Assembly: GCF_001194135.2 (NCBI RefSeq)
Contig: NC_068982.1
Span: 64,864,794-64,928,793, forward strand
From: Octopus bimaculoides
Taxonomy: Eukaryota
Length of the DNA stretch: 64,000 bases
Direction of reading: 5' to 3'
Position numbers and translations under genes: made by a program. How positions within the stretch are numbered: position 1 is the first letter of the stretch; every line of letters begins with the position of its first letter. The notes beneath the pieces were generated by a model. It saw nothing but the letters and a program-made list of their open reading frames with translations, had not been told where the DNA came from and did no database searches. This document shows, in pieces, positions 40,475-53,432 of this stretch.

Positions 40475-40810
40475 TGAAGGCACATGGCTCAGTGGTTTCA
40501 GTGTGAAGTTCACAATCATGAGGTAGTGATTTCAATTCCTGTATCAGGTTGTGTGTTGTGTTCTTGAGCAAGACACTTTATTTCACATTGCCCCAGTTCA
40601 CGTCGCTATAGAAATGAGTTGCAACGTCACTGGTGCCAAGCTGCATTGGCCTTTGCTTTTCCTTGGGATAACATTGGTGGCATGGAGAGGGGAGGCTGGT
40701 ATGCATGGGTGACTGCTGGTCTTCCACAAACAACCTTGCCCAGACTTGTACCTTGGAGGGTAACTTTCTAGGTGCAATCCTATGGTCATTCATGACTGAA
40801 GGGGGTCTCT
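40475..40810 (+). mobile_element. SINE with family B head and alternative tail
   Basis: Head through ttgagcaagacactttatttc matches 16337. Tail ctttctaggtgcaatcc...ggtcattcatgactgaaggg is shared with 44215-44545. Confidence 0.75.
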
Positions 40811-41467
40811 TCCTCCTCTTGAATTTCTATACACCTACAATAAAAACTATATTGAATTAAATTTACTTTCTTACTACAGCATTCCTCTGTTTAGTTTGTA
40901 ATGATTTATATGGAAGATGTGGTTAGGTCCCATAGCTTAGTGGTTCAATAACATGTGTACTTCATAGGACACTTTATTTCACATTGTTCCAGTTCACTCA
41001 ACTGGCAAAAATGAGTTGTACCTGTATTTCAAAGGGTCAGCCTGATCACATCTTGTGTCATGCTGAATCTCCTTGAGAACTACTTTAAGGGTATGCACAT
41101 CTGTGGAGTGCTCAGCCATTTGCACATTAATTTCACGAACAGGCTGTTCTGTTGATTGGATCAACAGGAACCTTCATTGCCATAACCAACAGAATGTCAG
41201 ATCCGTATGAAAGAGGAACACAATATTTATGCTTCTCTTAATGACATGAACAGTGTAAGTGAAAAGGGGATAAGTAGAAAATTGAATGGGCCCAGTTTCC
41301 TGGGAGCTTATCTCTACCCTGTGGAGCTTTGCAAATTGTTTACTCAAAATAACATAGTAATTACTGCTGCTGTTGCTTAGCTCCAGGTTGGCTCTGATTG
41401 AGCAGTCCTATGACGAAATGCATTCTGGCAGTGACCATCTTGTTTGTCTTTCTGTATATCTAGGAGT

Positions 41468-41841
41468 GTAGAGGAGCAATGGCCCAGTGGTTAGGGCAGT
41501 GGACTTGCGGTTTCGATTCCCAGACCAGGCGTTGTGAGTGTTTATTGAGCGAAAACACCTAAAAGTTCCACGAGGCTCCCTCCGGCAGGGGATGGTGGCG
41601 AACCCTGCTGTACTCTTTCACCACAACTTTCTCTCACTCTTACTTCCTGTTTCTGTTGTGCCTGTAATTCAAAGGGTCGGCCTTGTCCACACTGTGTCAC
41701 GCTGAATATCCCCGAGAACTACGTTAAGGGTACACGTGTCTGTGGAGTGCTCAGCCACTTGCACGTTAATTTCACAAGCAGGCTGTTCCATTGATTGGAT
41801 CAACTGGAACCCTCGACGTCGTAAGCGACGGAGTGCCAACA
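41468..41841 (+). mobile_element. Family B SINE
   Basis: 12-bp TSD atatctaggagt at 41456-41467 and 41842-41853. Confidence 0.9.
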
Positions 41842-44214
41842 ATATCTAGGAGTACATTGTCCAGTGTGTGTGTCCCTCACCTTACATTCTGAGGTCAGCT
41901 TTGTTTTTTATCCCTTTGAGATCGATAAAATAAAGTTTCAGCCAACTGCTGAGAGTTAATGTAATCAACTTGTCCCCTCCTCTTAAATTACTGTCCTTGT
42001 GCCCTATGATGGACTGGTGTCTTGTTCAGGGAGGATGTTGTGATCTTAGTTACTTACATGCTATGGAAACAAGTTAATTGGCTTTGTAAGTCCTAGGGCA
42101 CAAGAAAATTTTTTAAAAGGTAAAATGTGTGATTTGAGGGAAATTTGGTTATTTCTAACAGTTCGAGCAACAGCATAGAGGCCGCTATTATTAAATGTAT
42201 TTGGTGTAACTGTTATAGAGTTGAGCTTGTTCAAGGGATATGGATGATAAAGCTGTAAATTAATTGGTGCTAATTACTGTTTCTTATATGTCTGTCTATG
42301 AGCAGAGTTGTGAAATCCTCTAACCTCACTTATCTAATAGCAAAATATAAATATATAGGAAAAATTAAGGGTCACAAGTCTACTCTGTAATAGTTCCCAG
42401 TGTTGAGATTGAACTTGCTAATTCACTGCTTATACTTAATACATCATTTACCTCATTCTTTTGGAATGTCTATTTAGCATTCAATGTATGATACTTCCTT
42501 CTTTCTCTCTGAAGCCCTAATGACTCATAATGTTTCTGTAAAATAGATAGATAAATTTCCATTAAAACCTGTTCTTGAGGAGTGGTAGACAAATCCATTG
42601 TCCAATTTAACTAACAGCTGGGCCTTGATAAACCACTTGCAAGCTTTTTGGCCCTGGTAAATTCCTCCCTTCCTCCCTACTAGTCTTGGAGACCTTGAAA
42701 AGTGTCGTTCCTTTTTTGAATAAGTAATAATGGAAAAAGAAAAACTATCTGTTAGTTGGTCTCTGTCTGTAGCTGCCTGCTGCATGCCCCCACCATCTCT
42801 CTCTCTGTTACAAGCTACCTTAATAAATTGACTGATATCTAATTAAGTATAGTTAAATACTCTCTCAAATAACCTCATGCATTGCCCAGAAGTAGTAGAC
42901 AATATTTCAGGATGTCAATCTGGAATAACATTACTTCCTGTTTCAGAAAGCATTTTTGTTTTATTTTTCGAGTTTTCTTAAAAGCCATGGTTTTTTTTTT
43001 TTTTTTTTTGATGCAGCATATGTTTGACAGTCATTAGTATCAAAGTGCAGGAGCATTACTTTTAGGTAGAATTTATTTTTAAAACTATAAAGAAATGTGG
43101 AATTAGAAGTTGTGGCATTTATGTTTTTTCTTTCTTTTTCATTTTATAAACCAATCTAGCTGGAAAAAAAAAAGTGGCTACAACTGGGAATTGAAGCCTG
43201 ATTACAAGCTTAGTTTATTGGAAGCTTCTTAGTGTTATACAAGCCAATGACATTCCCTGTGTGTGTGTGTGTGCGTGTGCGTGTGTGTGTGTGTGTGTGT
43301 ATCATCATTTGACATACATGTTCCATGCTGGTATGGGTTGGACAATTTAACTGGATCTGATGGGTCAGACGACTGTACCATGCTCCAGTGTCCACTTTGG
43401 TGTGGTTTCTATAGCTGGTTGCCATTCCTAATGCCAACAATTTTACAGTGTGTACTGGGTGTTTCATTCATGCCACCAGCACTGTTGAGATTGCCATGCA
43501 GCTTGCAAGACTATGACACTTGAAGGTACAGCTTTATGGGGAGTAAAAATATGAAACAAGGAACCAGAACATAATGAGTTTCTTGTAGAGGAGCTGCATG
43601 ACTATTTACATTTACACACACACACATACGCGGATACACACAATTGGGACTATCATAAAAGTGTCAAATAAAATGTCTTACAGAGGCCCTTAAAATACTA
43701 TTGTGGATCCCCAATTTACTATTTTGTTGTGTGGACTCCTAAAAATTTTATATAAGCCCTTAGGGGCTAAATGAACCCTGGTTGAGAATCACTGCTCTAG
43801 CCTTTCCAACTCAGGCATCCCCACTCCTCAACTCTTCCCAATCTTTACAGATGTTGCCTACCTACCTTCCTTTCTCCTACTTCCCCTATCTCTTCCTCCA
43901 TATTCTCTTGCAGACCTCCACTCACTACTACTATTCCTATCTGAGATGCCACCTGGTCACCTCATCAGCACTATTTATCTCTTTGGAGATACCATCAGTT
44001 CATTCTCACTCTCTCTTCTACATGTGAGGAGCCATGTAGCTCCTCTACAACAAGAACCTGCTCTACCCCAACCTCTTCCCTCGTACTTTAACCCCTATCT
44101 AACATAAGAACATAACACCCCCCACATCCTCAGGTTTATAGACTTGTGAGCTACATGGTAACCTCAGTAGAGCTACATGGTAACCTCAGTAGAGCTGGTA
44201 GCATGAAAAAAGCA

Positions 44215-44545
44215 TAGGTGCATGGCTCAGTGGTTAGAGTGTTATGCTCGCAATCAAGAGTTGGTGAATTCAATTCCTGAACCGGGCCATGTGTTATGTT
44301 CTTGAGCAAGACACTTTATTTCATGTTTCTCCAGTTCACTCAGCTCTAGAAATGAGTTGCTGCGTCACTGGTGTCAAGCTGTATCAGCTTTTGCCTTTCC
44401 CTGGGATAACATCAGTGGAGTGGGGAGGCTGGTATGCATGGGCGACTGCTGGTCTTCCATAAACAACCTTGCCCAGACTTGTGCCTTGGAGGGTAACTTT
44501 CTAGGTGCAATCCCATGGTCATTCATGACTGAAGGGAGTCTTTAC
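44215..44545 (+). mobile_element. SINE with family B head and alternative tail
   Basis: Colinear with 40475-40810. Confidence 0.75.
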
Positions 44546-44960
44546 ACAGTGCAAAATGGTTGGCATTAGCAAAGACATCCAACCTTAAAAACCTTATCAA
44601 AGCAAACACTGGAGAATAATGCAGTCCTTAGAATCATCGGATTCTTGTCAATGGATGTTAAAATGATGATGATGAAAATCCCTTATCTAACAGTTTTTGT
44701 ATTTGTATTCAAGGTTAGCTTTCAGGATACTGGGCCTCCCAAGAAAGATAAATAATGAAGTACTAAGATGATAGCTATTATTATTGTTGTTAAACCCCAG
44801 GTAAGCCCTGGTCAAGCAGGCTTATGATCAAAGACATTATATTTACAATTATCCTGTGTCTTTTTTTTTTTTTTTAGTTCACAGACACAAGCATGGATGT
44901 GTGGTTAAGAAGTTCACTTTGCAACCATGTACTTTTGGGTTCAGTTCCACTGCATGGCAG

Positions 44961-45347
44961 TGGAGGCACAATGGCCCAGTGGTTAGGGCAGCAGACTCGC
45001 GGTCATAGGATTGCGGTTTCGATTCCCAGACTGGGCGTTGTGAGTGTTTATTGAGCGAAACCACCTAAAGCTCCATGAGGCTCCAGCAGGGGATTGTGGC
45101 GAACCCTGCTGTACTCTTTCACCACAACTTTCTCTCACTCTTACTTCCTGTTTCTGTTGTACCTGTATTTCAAAGGGCCAGGCTTGTCACACTATGTCAT
45201 GCTGAATCTCCCCGAGAACTACGTTAAGAGTACACGTATCTGTGGAGTGCTCAGCCACTTGCACGTTAATTTCACGAGCAGGCTGTTCTGTTGATCGGAT
45301 CAACTGGAACCCTCGACGTCGTAAGCGACGGAGTGCCAACAGACAAA
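44961..45347 (+). mobile_element. Family B SINE nested in an older family A SINE (about 44885-45690)
   Basis: 14-bp TSD ccactgcatggcag at 44947-44960 and 45348-45361, inside the host SINE head. Confidence 0.9.
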
Positions 45348-45708
45348 CCACTGCATGGCAGCTTGGGCAAGTATCTTCTACAAAAGTCCCAGGCTGACCA
45401 ATGCTCTGTGAGTGAGTTTGATAGACACAATCTGTCTGGAAGCCTGTCACGCGCATATGTGTGTGTGTTTAAGTTTGTGCCTGACACACCCACCCATTGC
45501 CTGACCACCGGTGTTGGTTTATTTATGTTCCTATAACTTGGCAGTTTGGCAAAAGAGACTGAGAGAATAAGTACTAGACTTTAAAAAAGTAAGTGCTGGG
45601 GTTGATTTGCTGGAGTACCCTTCAAGACCCTGCTCCAGCATGGGCATAGTCTCATGACTGAAATAAGTAAAAGGTAAAACAGGTAGTGTACCTAGTACCT
45701 CATTATAT

Positions 45709-46124
45709 CTCTCTTTTACTCTCTTTTACTTGTTTCAGTCATTTGACTGTGGCCATGCTGGAGCACTGCCTTTAGTCGAGCAAATTGAGCCAAGGACTTA
45801 TTCTTTGTAAGCCTAGTACTTATTCTATTGGTCTCTTTTGCTCTACTGCTAAGTTATGGGGACGTAAACACACCAGCATCAGTTGTCAAGCGATGTTGGG
45901 GGGACAAACACAGACACACAAACATATACACGCACGTACATATATATATATACATATATACGACAAGCTTCTTTCAGTTTCCGTCTACCAAATCCACTCA
46001 CAAGGCTTTGGTCGGCCCGAGGCTATAGTAGAAGACACTTGCCCAAGGTACCACACAGTGGGACTGAACTCGGAACCATGTGATTGGTAAGCAAGCTACT
46101 TATCACACTGCCACTCCTGTGCCT
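45709..46124 (-). mobile_element. Family A SINE (young)
   Basis: Full-length match to family A. Confidence 0.9.
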
Positions 46125-46157
46125 ATATAGTTATGTCATGTATCCTTTCTCTCTCTT

Positions 46158-46215
<58 letters not shown>

Positions 46216-48449
46216 ATGGTAGGGTAAAATTTGAAGGGAATTTTGGCTTCTAGAAATAACATGTTGAGGAACTGGAGAATAACAGGACCAAGATGGTTAG
46301 CAATAAATATGCTGCATGTCAGACATGTCTAACAAAGATCAACATGGAAAAAATAATGAGTTTAATACAATGATGATGATTATGATGTTTATGATGATAT
46401 TTCAAGACACTTCCTCTTGAATAGTATGAGATGAAAAATAGTTATTTGCTTGGACAGTAAGTCAACATTGAAAACAAATTTTATAAATTGTTTCACTGGG
46501 TGGGAAATTTTAGCAAACTTGGACTTTTAATCTAGACGCTACTAATTTTGGTGGAAGTTAGCATAGAACTAGTAGTGGTTAAGCAATAAGGAGACTAAAT
46601 TGACAAATTGTGTGTGTGTGTGTGTGAAATTACATTAAGAAAGCTATTTCTATTAAATTTCAAAAATAAGAATATAAATCTCTTCCTTCTACAATCATTA
46701 TTTAAAATATTTCTTTTTTGATAAAATGAAATTTTAAACATATTTCTTATTTATAGAATTGTCAACTTTTAATGTTTAAACTAACCTTGTGTGTGTGTGT
46801 GTGTGTGTATGTTACAAGTTACCAAACCTGTTTAGCTCGTTTCTCTTACTGTGATAAGATCAATGATTTCAAGGAATAAAATGAAAAAATCTCTACATAT
46901 TTGTAATACAGTGTTTAAATATGTTTGTCTAAGTAAATAGCATGGTAGTAAAATATCTTGTGGTTTTCTGCAGTGTATCCTATATATTAAAAGGCATTAT
47001 TGCAATACTGCTTTATATACTGTTGCAATATCCTTATATACATGTGTGTGTGTATTTGTTGATGCTTAACAAGATGACTGATGTGATGAAAATGAAATTG
47101 GTGATAATTGATCTGACAGTGATGAGGTTTATGTGAGGAACATGAATAGGCCATACATCCAGTATCATAGCATTTAACCCTTTAGCATTTAAACTGGCCA
47201 TATCAGGCCAAAATATTCTACCCATTTTACGTTCAAACTGGCTAGACTTGTCCTCTCACCCCCCCTCCCCAACCTCACAACCAATCCCCATCTCAACACA
47301 AACCGGAGCTTACTTAATTATATCAAACTTCCCACTTACAACCCTCTATCAGCTATAGTAAAGAATCTGCTTTGGAAAAAGTGGAGGGTAACAGCCATAT
47401 ATTGAAATGCAACAGTTTTCAGAATTTTGTCTCAGTTGTGGACTATACATAGGGTTGTTATCTCCACCAACAGTTGCCTTCACCATTGTGAGTTCACATA
47501 GTTCCCTCTGGAGGAGGGGCAGTTACAGTAACACTCCTCCACCTCATTCACCAACAGCACACCGGGCCCACTCTGGTACCCCACCCAACATGGTGACCTC
47601 ACCACTACAAAGATCTGGTCACCATCCAGCATCTGTTTCTCCTCAACAAGCCATCATGGGCCTGTCGTTTATGCCAATATTCTTTGGTTTTCACCATGTT
47701 GCACAGCCTCTTCTACAACCTGTATTGGACCAGGACAGTGATGAATGATATGGCAACCTACACCTATATATATACATATCATCATCATCACTATTGAACA
47801 TCAGTTTTCCCTACTGGTATGGGTTGGATGATTTGAGAAGATCCAGTCAGCTACAGGACAGTACTGAATTCTGGGGTTTGCTTTGGCATGGTTTCTATGG
47901 CTGAATGCCCTTCCTAATGTGACACATGTACACACACACACATATAGCCAACTATTAAGAGGCATGATTCTATGGAATTGTCACATAAAATCTCTTCATA
48001 GGCTTGCTATGTTAAAAACCAATATATATATATATATCAGAGTGTGATGAACATTATCACTGCAGTGACTCACAACAATAACAGTTGCAGAACAAGTAGA
48101 AAGATATATTTTTTTCAACATGGAAATGCTGAACAGTATATATAAAGGATAAAATCCTTTTAAGAGCAGAAAAATTTGCCGGCAACCAGCCATTTTGCCT
48201 TTGTTGAAGCCTGACAAGTGTTTGCTAACTGCTTAAATGAAATTCAAGCCTCATTTCATAGGAAACAGAATAAAATATTCATCAGAATTATAGAAGCTTG
48301 TTGGGTTGTAAAAAAATTTGGTATACACAAATGTAATAGTATTAAATTAAAAGCATTATCTATGTATCATATTAAATATCTGTGCACTGTTAGAAGGCAT
48401 AATGCTGTGGATGATGTTGATCTTGCTTTGATGTATATTGTGTGACTGG

Positions 48450-48742
48450 TAGCAGCCAGTTAGTGTCATCAGTCAAAGTATTTAGATTGGAATCTGATAA
48501 GAGAGATCTAGTTTTGTAGTCAGTTCAGTGTTACCTCTCTTTCCAGTGTTTTATGCTGATGAGAAGAAAATTACTTCAAAATGTATACATCCATCAATCT
48601 GGATAGAAGGCTCTCCGAACTGCACTGGTGTGTTTAGACCTTTTTGTCAACAGTGTGAATTTTTCTCCATGACAAAATGTAGTGAATGACCTTCTTACAG
48701 ATTTGAATATGTCTCAAACATATTTGAATAGATTGGTAACAA
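48450..48742 (+). mobile_element. Diverged second copy of the hammerhead-bearing unit
   Basis: Colinear with 58640-58925: ttagtgtcatcagtca / taagagaga / hammerhead / catgacaaaa..agtgaatg / aatatgtctc..catatttgaa / tggtaacaa. Confidence 0.7.
48550..48597 (+). ncRNA. Type I hammerhead ribozyme relic (core G12 to A, probably inactive)
   Basis: tttatg-CTGATGA-gaag[aaaatta]cttc-AAAA-tgtataca-TC-catcaa. Stems I (5 of 6 pairs), II (4 bp) and palindromic III form. GAAA has become AAAA at a former CpG. Confidence 0.65.
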
Positions 48743-48975
48743 GTTCATAGGAAAGAATCGCAAGATGGATTCTTCAAACCAAGCCAACCAGTAGAAGACT
48801 TGTGGGTGGGCCAAGAATGAGATGGCTGAATATGCATTGTCTCAGTTGGTTGCTCTTGGGAATCCAGCTGGAAAATCTAATGAGGGTTGCTTCTGATAGG
48901 GCCTTATGGAGCAGATGCTTGAAGACTCTACCATCACGAGATTCCTCAGGAATAATGGGTAAAGATGGATGAACC
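48742..48975 (+). mobile_element. RTE-clade (Rex3/Expander-like) LINE 3' end
   Basis: Translation resembles ILQTKPTSRRLVGGPRMRWLN...LGIQLENLMRVASDRALWSRCLKTLPSR, with a gatggatgaa tail. Confidence 0.7.
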
Positions 48976-49496
48976 CTCATATTTCTAATGAAGTACACCG
49001 CCTGTGTGTTTCAATGAATTTTGAAAGCAGGTAAGAATTTTGAGATGTTTCATAAAATAAACATGCAAAACACTTGTGCTTGCCCTGCTATCATACTTTA
49101 ACCTCTCACAACTGGTATGAAGCTACTTCCCCCTCTCTCAAATACAACCACTCAGTTGCGGGTGCTTTTGCCTTTTTTTGTCTTGCAAGTTACTTGCCAA
49201 CCTCACAAATGCTGGTGGCAGGAAAAAACACAGTACACACTATAAAGTAGTTGGTACTAGGAAGGGCATCCAACCATAGGAACCATGCCAAATTTGGTAT
49301 TGGACACAGTCCTACAGCTCATTGGATCCTATCAAACATTCCCAACAGATGCCAGCATGGAAAACATGTTTGATGATGTTGATAATACTAAGAACATAGT
49401 TTAACAAAAGTCTCTCACTTTAAGTTATCTCAAAAGGTTAAAACAAGATTGTATATAACAGAATGAAGAGTAGCCTCATGTTGGTTAATATCAAAA

Positions 49497-49539
<43 letters not shown>

Positions 49540-49754
49540 ATATATATATATATATATATATAGCACTTATTTGACAATGATTTGATCTGATAGATGTAAT
49601 GACTAAAACAAATGCAACACGTTCGGATGGTGCTTTTTATGTGCCACCAGCATAGGGAGCCAGTCATATGATAAAACAAAGTGATGACCAATAACATAAT
49701 CTAATTACAATATAATAAGTAAAAGTGTATATAACAGTGTGTATGTTTTGATGG

Positions 49755-49972
49755 CTAGAATCGTTAGCGCGCTGGCCGAAGTGCTTAACAGTATTTCGTC
49801 TGCTGCTACATTCTGAGTTCAAATTCCGCCGAGGTTAACTTTGCCTTTCATCCTTTCGGGGTCGATTAAATAAGTACCAGTTATGCACTGGGGGTCGATG
49901 TAATCGACTTAGTCTGTTTGTCTTTCCAATGTTTGTCCCCTCTATATTTAGCCCCTTGTGGGCAATAAAGAA
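49755..49972 (+). mobile_element. Family C SINE (alternative-tail subtype)
   Basis: Same tail as the 27496 unit (tgtttgtcccctctatatttagcccc...ggcaataaagaa). Confidence 0.85.
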
Positions 49973-50353
49973 TTGTACACTGACTGTATTACAATGCAAT
50001 TATTATATAATATATAATGGAATGCCATATTGCATGAGTATCAAATATTTCTGTTTATAGAATCATATATATTGTTTCTAACATAAAATGATATTCTTCA
50101 AGTGAGCAATACACACAATATCTTGTTCCATATATTTCTATTTAGCTAATAATGACTAGTTTCACACCAGTGAAGTTACAATATGGATTGGTTATTTGTA
50201 ATAATTTGCAGCTGTAAATAGTAGGTCTGGGTAGTAACTGTACTTCTGCTTAAAGGAATACAGTTACTACCCAGTTAATACAAGCAAATGAAATAGTTTA
50301 CTGTTAACATTATGTAACTGTGTGGATAAATTCTTACTTAAAAACATGTTTAA

Positions 50354-50564
50354 CCCTTTCGTTACCGTATTTCTGTTGAGATGCTCTGTGTTTCTTTCAA
50401 TTAATTTTAAATATAACAAAGAATTTAGTAAAATAACTTAGTTATCATTAGGAACATAAATTGTGACTAAGGTTTGGTGGAAGATTTTAATTCAAAACTT
50501 ATGAAAACAAGACATTTGTACTACAGAGCTAGAGGCAGTTTCAGCCGGGTTGGTAACGAAAGGG
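50354..50564. mobile_element. piggyBac-type MITE, second family
   Basis: TTAA at 50350-50353 and 50565-50568. 13-bp TIRs ccctttcgttacc / ggtaacgaaaggg. Confidence 0.88.
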
Positions 50565-51029
50565 TTAAGATCTCCTCCACAAACAAAACACCAGATAAAA
50601 GAATCTATAGAACAGAACAAACACTAATCAATAACAAATATTGTAATAAACCACTGGATCAAAGCATAAAGCAAAAATATAGGAAAATACATAGAGCAAT
50701 TTCACATCTATTTTTCCTTACTTGCATGGGTTAGATGGGTCTCAAGTATAGCATTTCCTTATTTATTGTATTGTTTTGTTATTTTCTTTCTAAGGGCCTG
50801 CTTCCTGAGATCAGCCCTCACCATTTTTTCCCTTTCTAATTTTTTGGGTCATGTTCTTTGCTCTTGAGTCATTTGGCACTTCTTTTTTTATTTGGGTGTC
50901 ATTCTCCATATGCATGACATGTCCATTTCAACTCAGCTTTTTTTTCTTATGCTTATTGTATCTGATACCTTTTATGCATACGTTTTTTGTTCAGCTCCTT
51001 TGTTTGCTATCATTCAAGCATATTGGTTT

Positions 51030-51240
51030 CAAATTTTGGCTCAAGGCCAGCAATTTCAGTGGGGGAAGTGGTTTAGTTGATAACATCGACCCCATTGCTC
51101 AACTAGTACTTATCTTAATGACCCTGAAAGGATGAAAAGCAAAGTCAACCTCAGAGGAATTTGAACTCGGGATGTAAAGACAGACAAAATACTGCTAAGC
51201 ATTTTGCCCGGTGTGCTAATTATTCTGCCAGGTCATTGTC
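51030..51240 (-). mobile_element. Family C SINE
   Basis: Reverse-complement match to family C. Confidence 0.8.
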
Positions 51241-52139
51241 TACTATCATTCATGCATATTAACATTATACATCCAACAAAGCATGTTCACCACATTTCTT
51301 ACCCACTTTTACACATTCTCAGTATTCAGTGCCTATATTTCAGTATCATGCAACACACCATTTCATACGCAAGCATCATGCAATCTGCTCTTCACTCTTG
51401 AATAAAACACTTGTCCCAGGTGACTGAAATCAATAAAAAATGTTTTAGAGGTTTGGAAATGTGATTCTACTTTTTATGTATAACCTGGAACCATTAATTT
51501 CATGTGGTTCTAATTTTGTTTCTTCTGTCCCACTACATTTACTAGCTACTAAATAATAATAAGATTCATTGCTTCTATAGTTTTATCATCACGCTCCACA
51601 TGGTCTAATAGAATTAATACTTATTCTGCTATTAGGTAGATTAAGAACAAAAAAAATCCTTTTTTCACTGTGTTTGAACCTGTTACCTAATTATTCAGCC
51701 ACTTCATCTTTATGGGTTTTAGAATAAACTGGAAAATATTGGTCTTGCCTACAAAATCAACATCTTGGACATTTTTCCCTTTCACTAAGAATAATATGTG
51801 GTATGCAGTTATTTGCACAATACACCCCCAAAGGATGTTCAAATATAAGAAAAGTATATTTGTTCCATAAGATGACTAAAATAGTAAATTGTTTACTAAA
51901 ACTCTATATACATTTACTTAACAACTTTCTGGAATGTTGTGGTGGTAATATTATGAAATAGAATAATTATATTCTTATGGAAATATCAGTCTTTTGAGGC
52001 ATAGAAAATTTAAGTTAGCAAGATGTTAGATATTTGCTTTTAGAGTATATAAAGAAATGATATTTCTGAAATTTCAAACTGTTATTGAAAATTTGAGCCA
52101 TTTTGCTTTAGTGTTTCTTAACCATATTATATTATAATA

Positions 52140-52545
52140 ATATGTGGTTGTGTGGTAAGAAGTTTGCTTCTCAACGACATGGTTTTGGGTTCAGGCCCCA
52201 CTGGACAGGTATTTTTCTACCATAGACTCAAGCCAACCAAAACCTGCATGGATTCAGTAGAATCTGCACAGAAAAAGCATGTTGTATATATGTGTGTGTT
52301 ACTGTCTTTTTGTCTTGACATTGTGTGATAGTTGTAAACGAGTGTCACCATCAAGCAAGTGATGTCCTTTGTTTCCTATCTTCTGTGAAAACATGTTTGG
52401 TCATGGGGAAACATTACCTTGATAATGAAACAGGTAAGGGTTGGCAACAGGAAGAGCATCTGACTGTAGAAAATCTAACTCAACAAATTACATCAAACTT
52501 ATGCAGGCATGGAAAAGTAGACATTAAAATGATGATGATGATTAC
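52140..52545 (+). mobile_element. Older A' SINE
   Basis: Family A head, alternative tail ending acattaaaatgatgatgatg. Confidence 0.7.
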
Positions 52546-53432
52546 TGAATTTTAACGATAGCATTTCATAACTTTTCAGCTTGAAATTGGATCTTGTTTC
52601 TGTAAATCAATATATGTTCATGTAACAGTGTTGCCTTGCAATTATATCTGATATGATGTGATCGTATTGCTTTGCATTAACGAATCAGCAAAACCACTGC
52701 ATCTAATAAGAGATGAATTTGTTATATGTCGATTCAGAGTTTACTGATTGGATTTCCAGTGTTGATGAAATTGTTAAAGGCCAAAAGTCTTGGCAAAAAG
52801 TTTTTAACTTTGTGTGTACACTGTAATTGCATATACTTCAGTTTCTCAACAGTGTCTTTATAAATAATATCAATGCCAATTTTTTATGGTTATCAGAGTT
52901 AAGGCATTTTGCAAGTTTCATCATCATAATCATAATCATCATCATCAACATCATTATCATCATCATTTGATGTCCACCTTTCTATCTCATGGGTCAAACA
53001 GAATTTGTTGAGATAGACTGACTACAGTCAGATGTCCTTCCTGTTACCAGCCATCAAATGTTTCCAGGCAAAGTAATAATTCTCCATGACTGGATATGTT
53101 TTTCATGAAAGACTGGAAACAAACAACACCACTTGTCTGATGGTGATACTCATTTACAGTCATCATGTAATGTCAAGACAAGGGTATACAGAAAAAAACC
53201 CCCCACTCATGTACATGTATGCACATGCACAAACACACCTGTCTACCAAATCCATTCACAAGGCTTTGGTTAACCTAGAGCTATAGTAGTAGAAGACATT
53301 TACCAAAGTGCTGCATAATGGGATTGATTCTGAGACCACATGGTTAGGAAACAAGCTTACTCACAGCCATGTCTAATCACTTTTTATTTTCTTCATTTAG
53401 AAGTCTGGATATATTATCTTTAACTTTTTACT

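Noticed and set aside
44961-45040. tRNA-like sequences at SINE heads (also 16337, 24701, 41468)
   Set aside because: They have A and B boxes but no complete cloverleaf and continue into SINE bodies, so they are not tRNA genes.
47407-47748. 113-aa ORF in a GC-richer patch
   Set aside because: No recognisable domain. It may be an antisense read of a decayed LINE ORF1, but the similarity is too weak to call.
48994-49030. Strong donor CAG|GTAAGA with a short open frame
   Set aside because: The acceptor is weak, it sits directly after a LINE tail, and the peptide is unrecognised.
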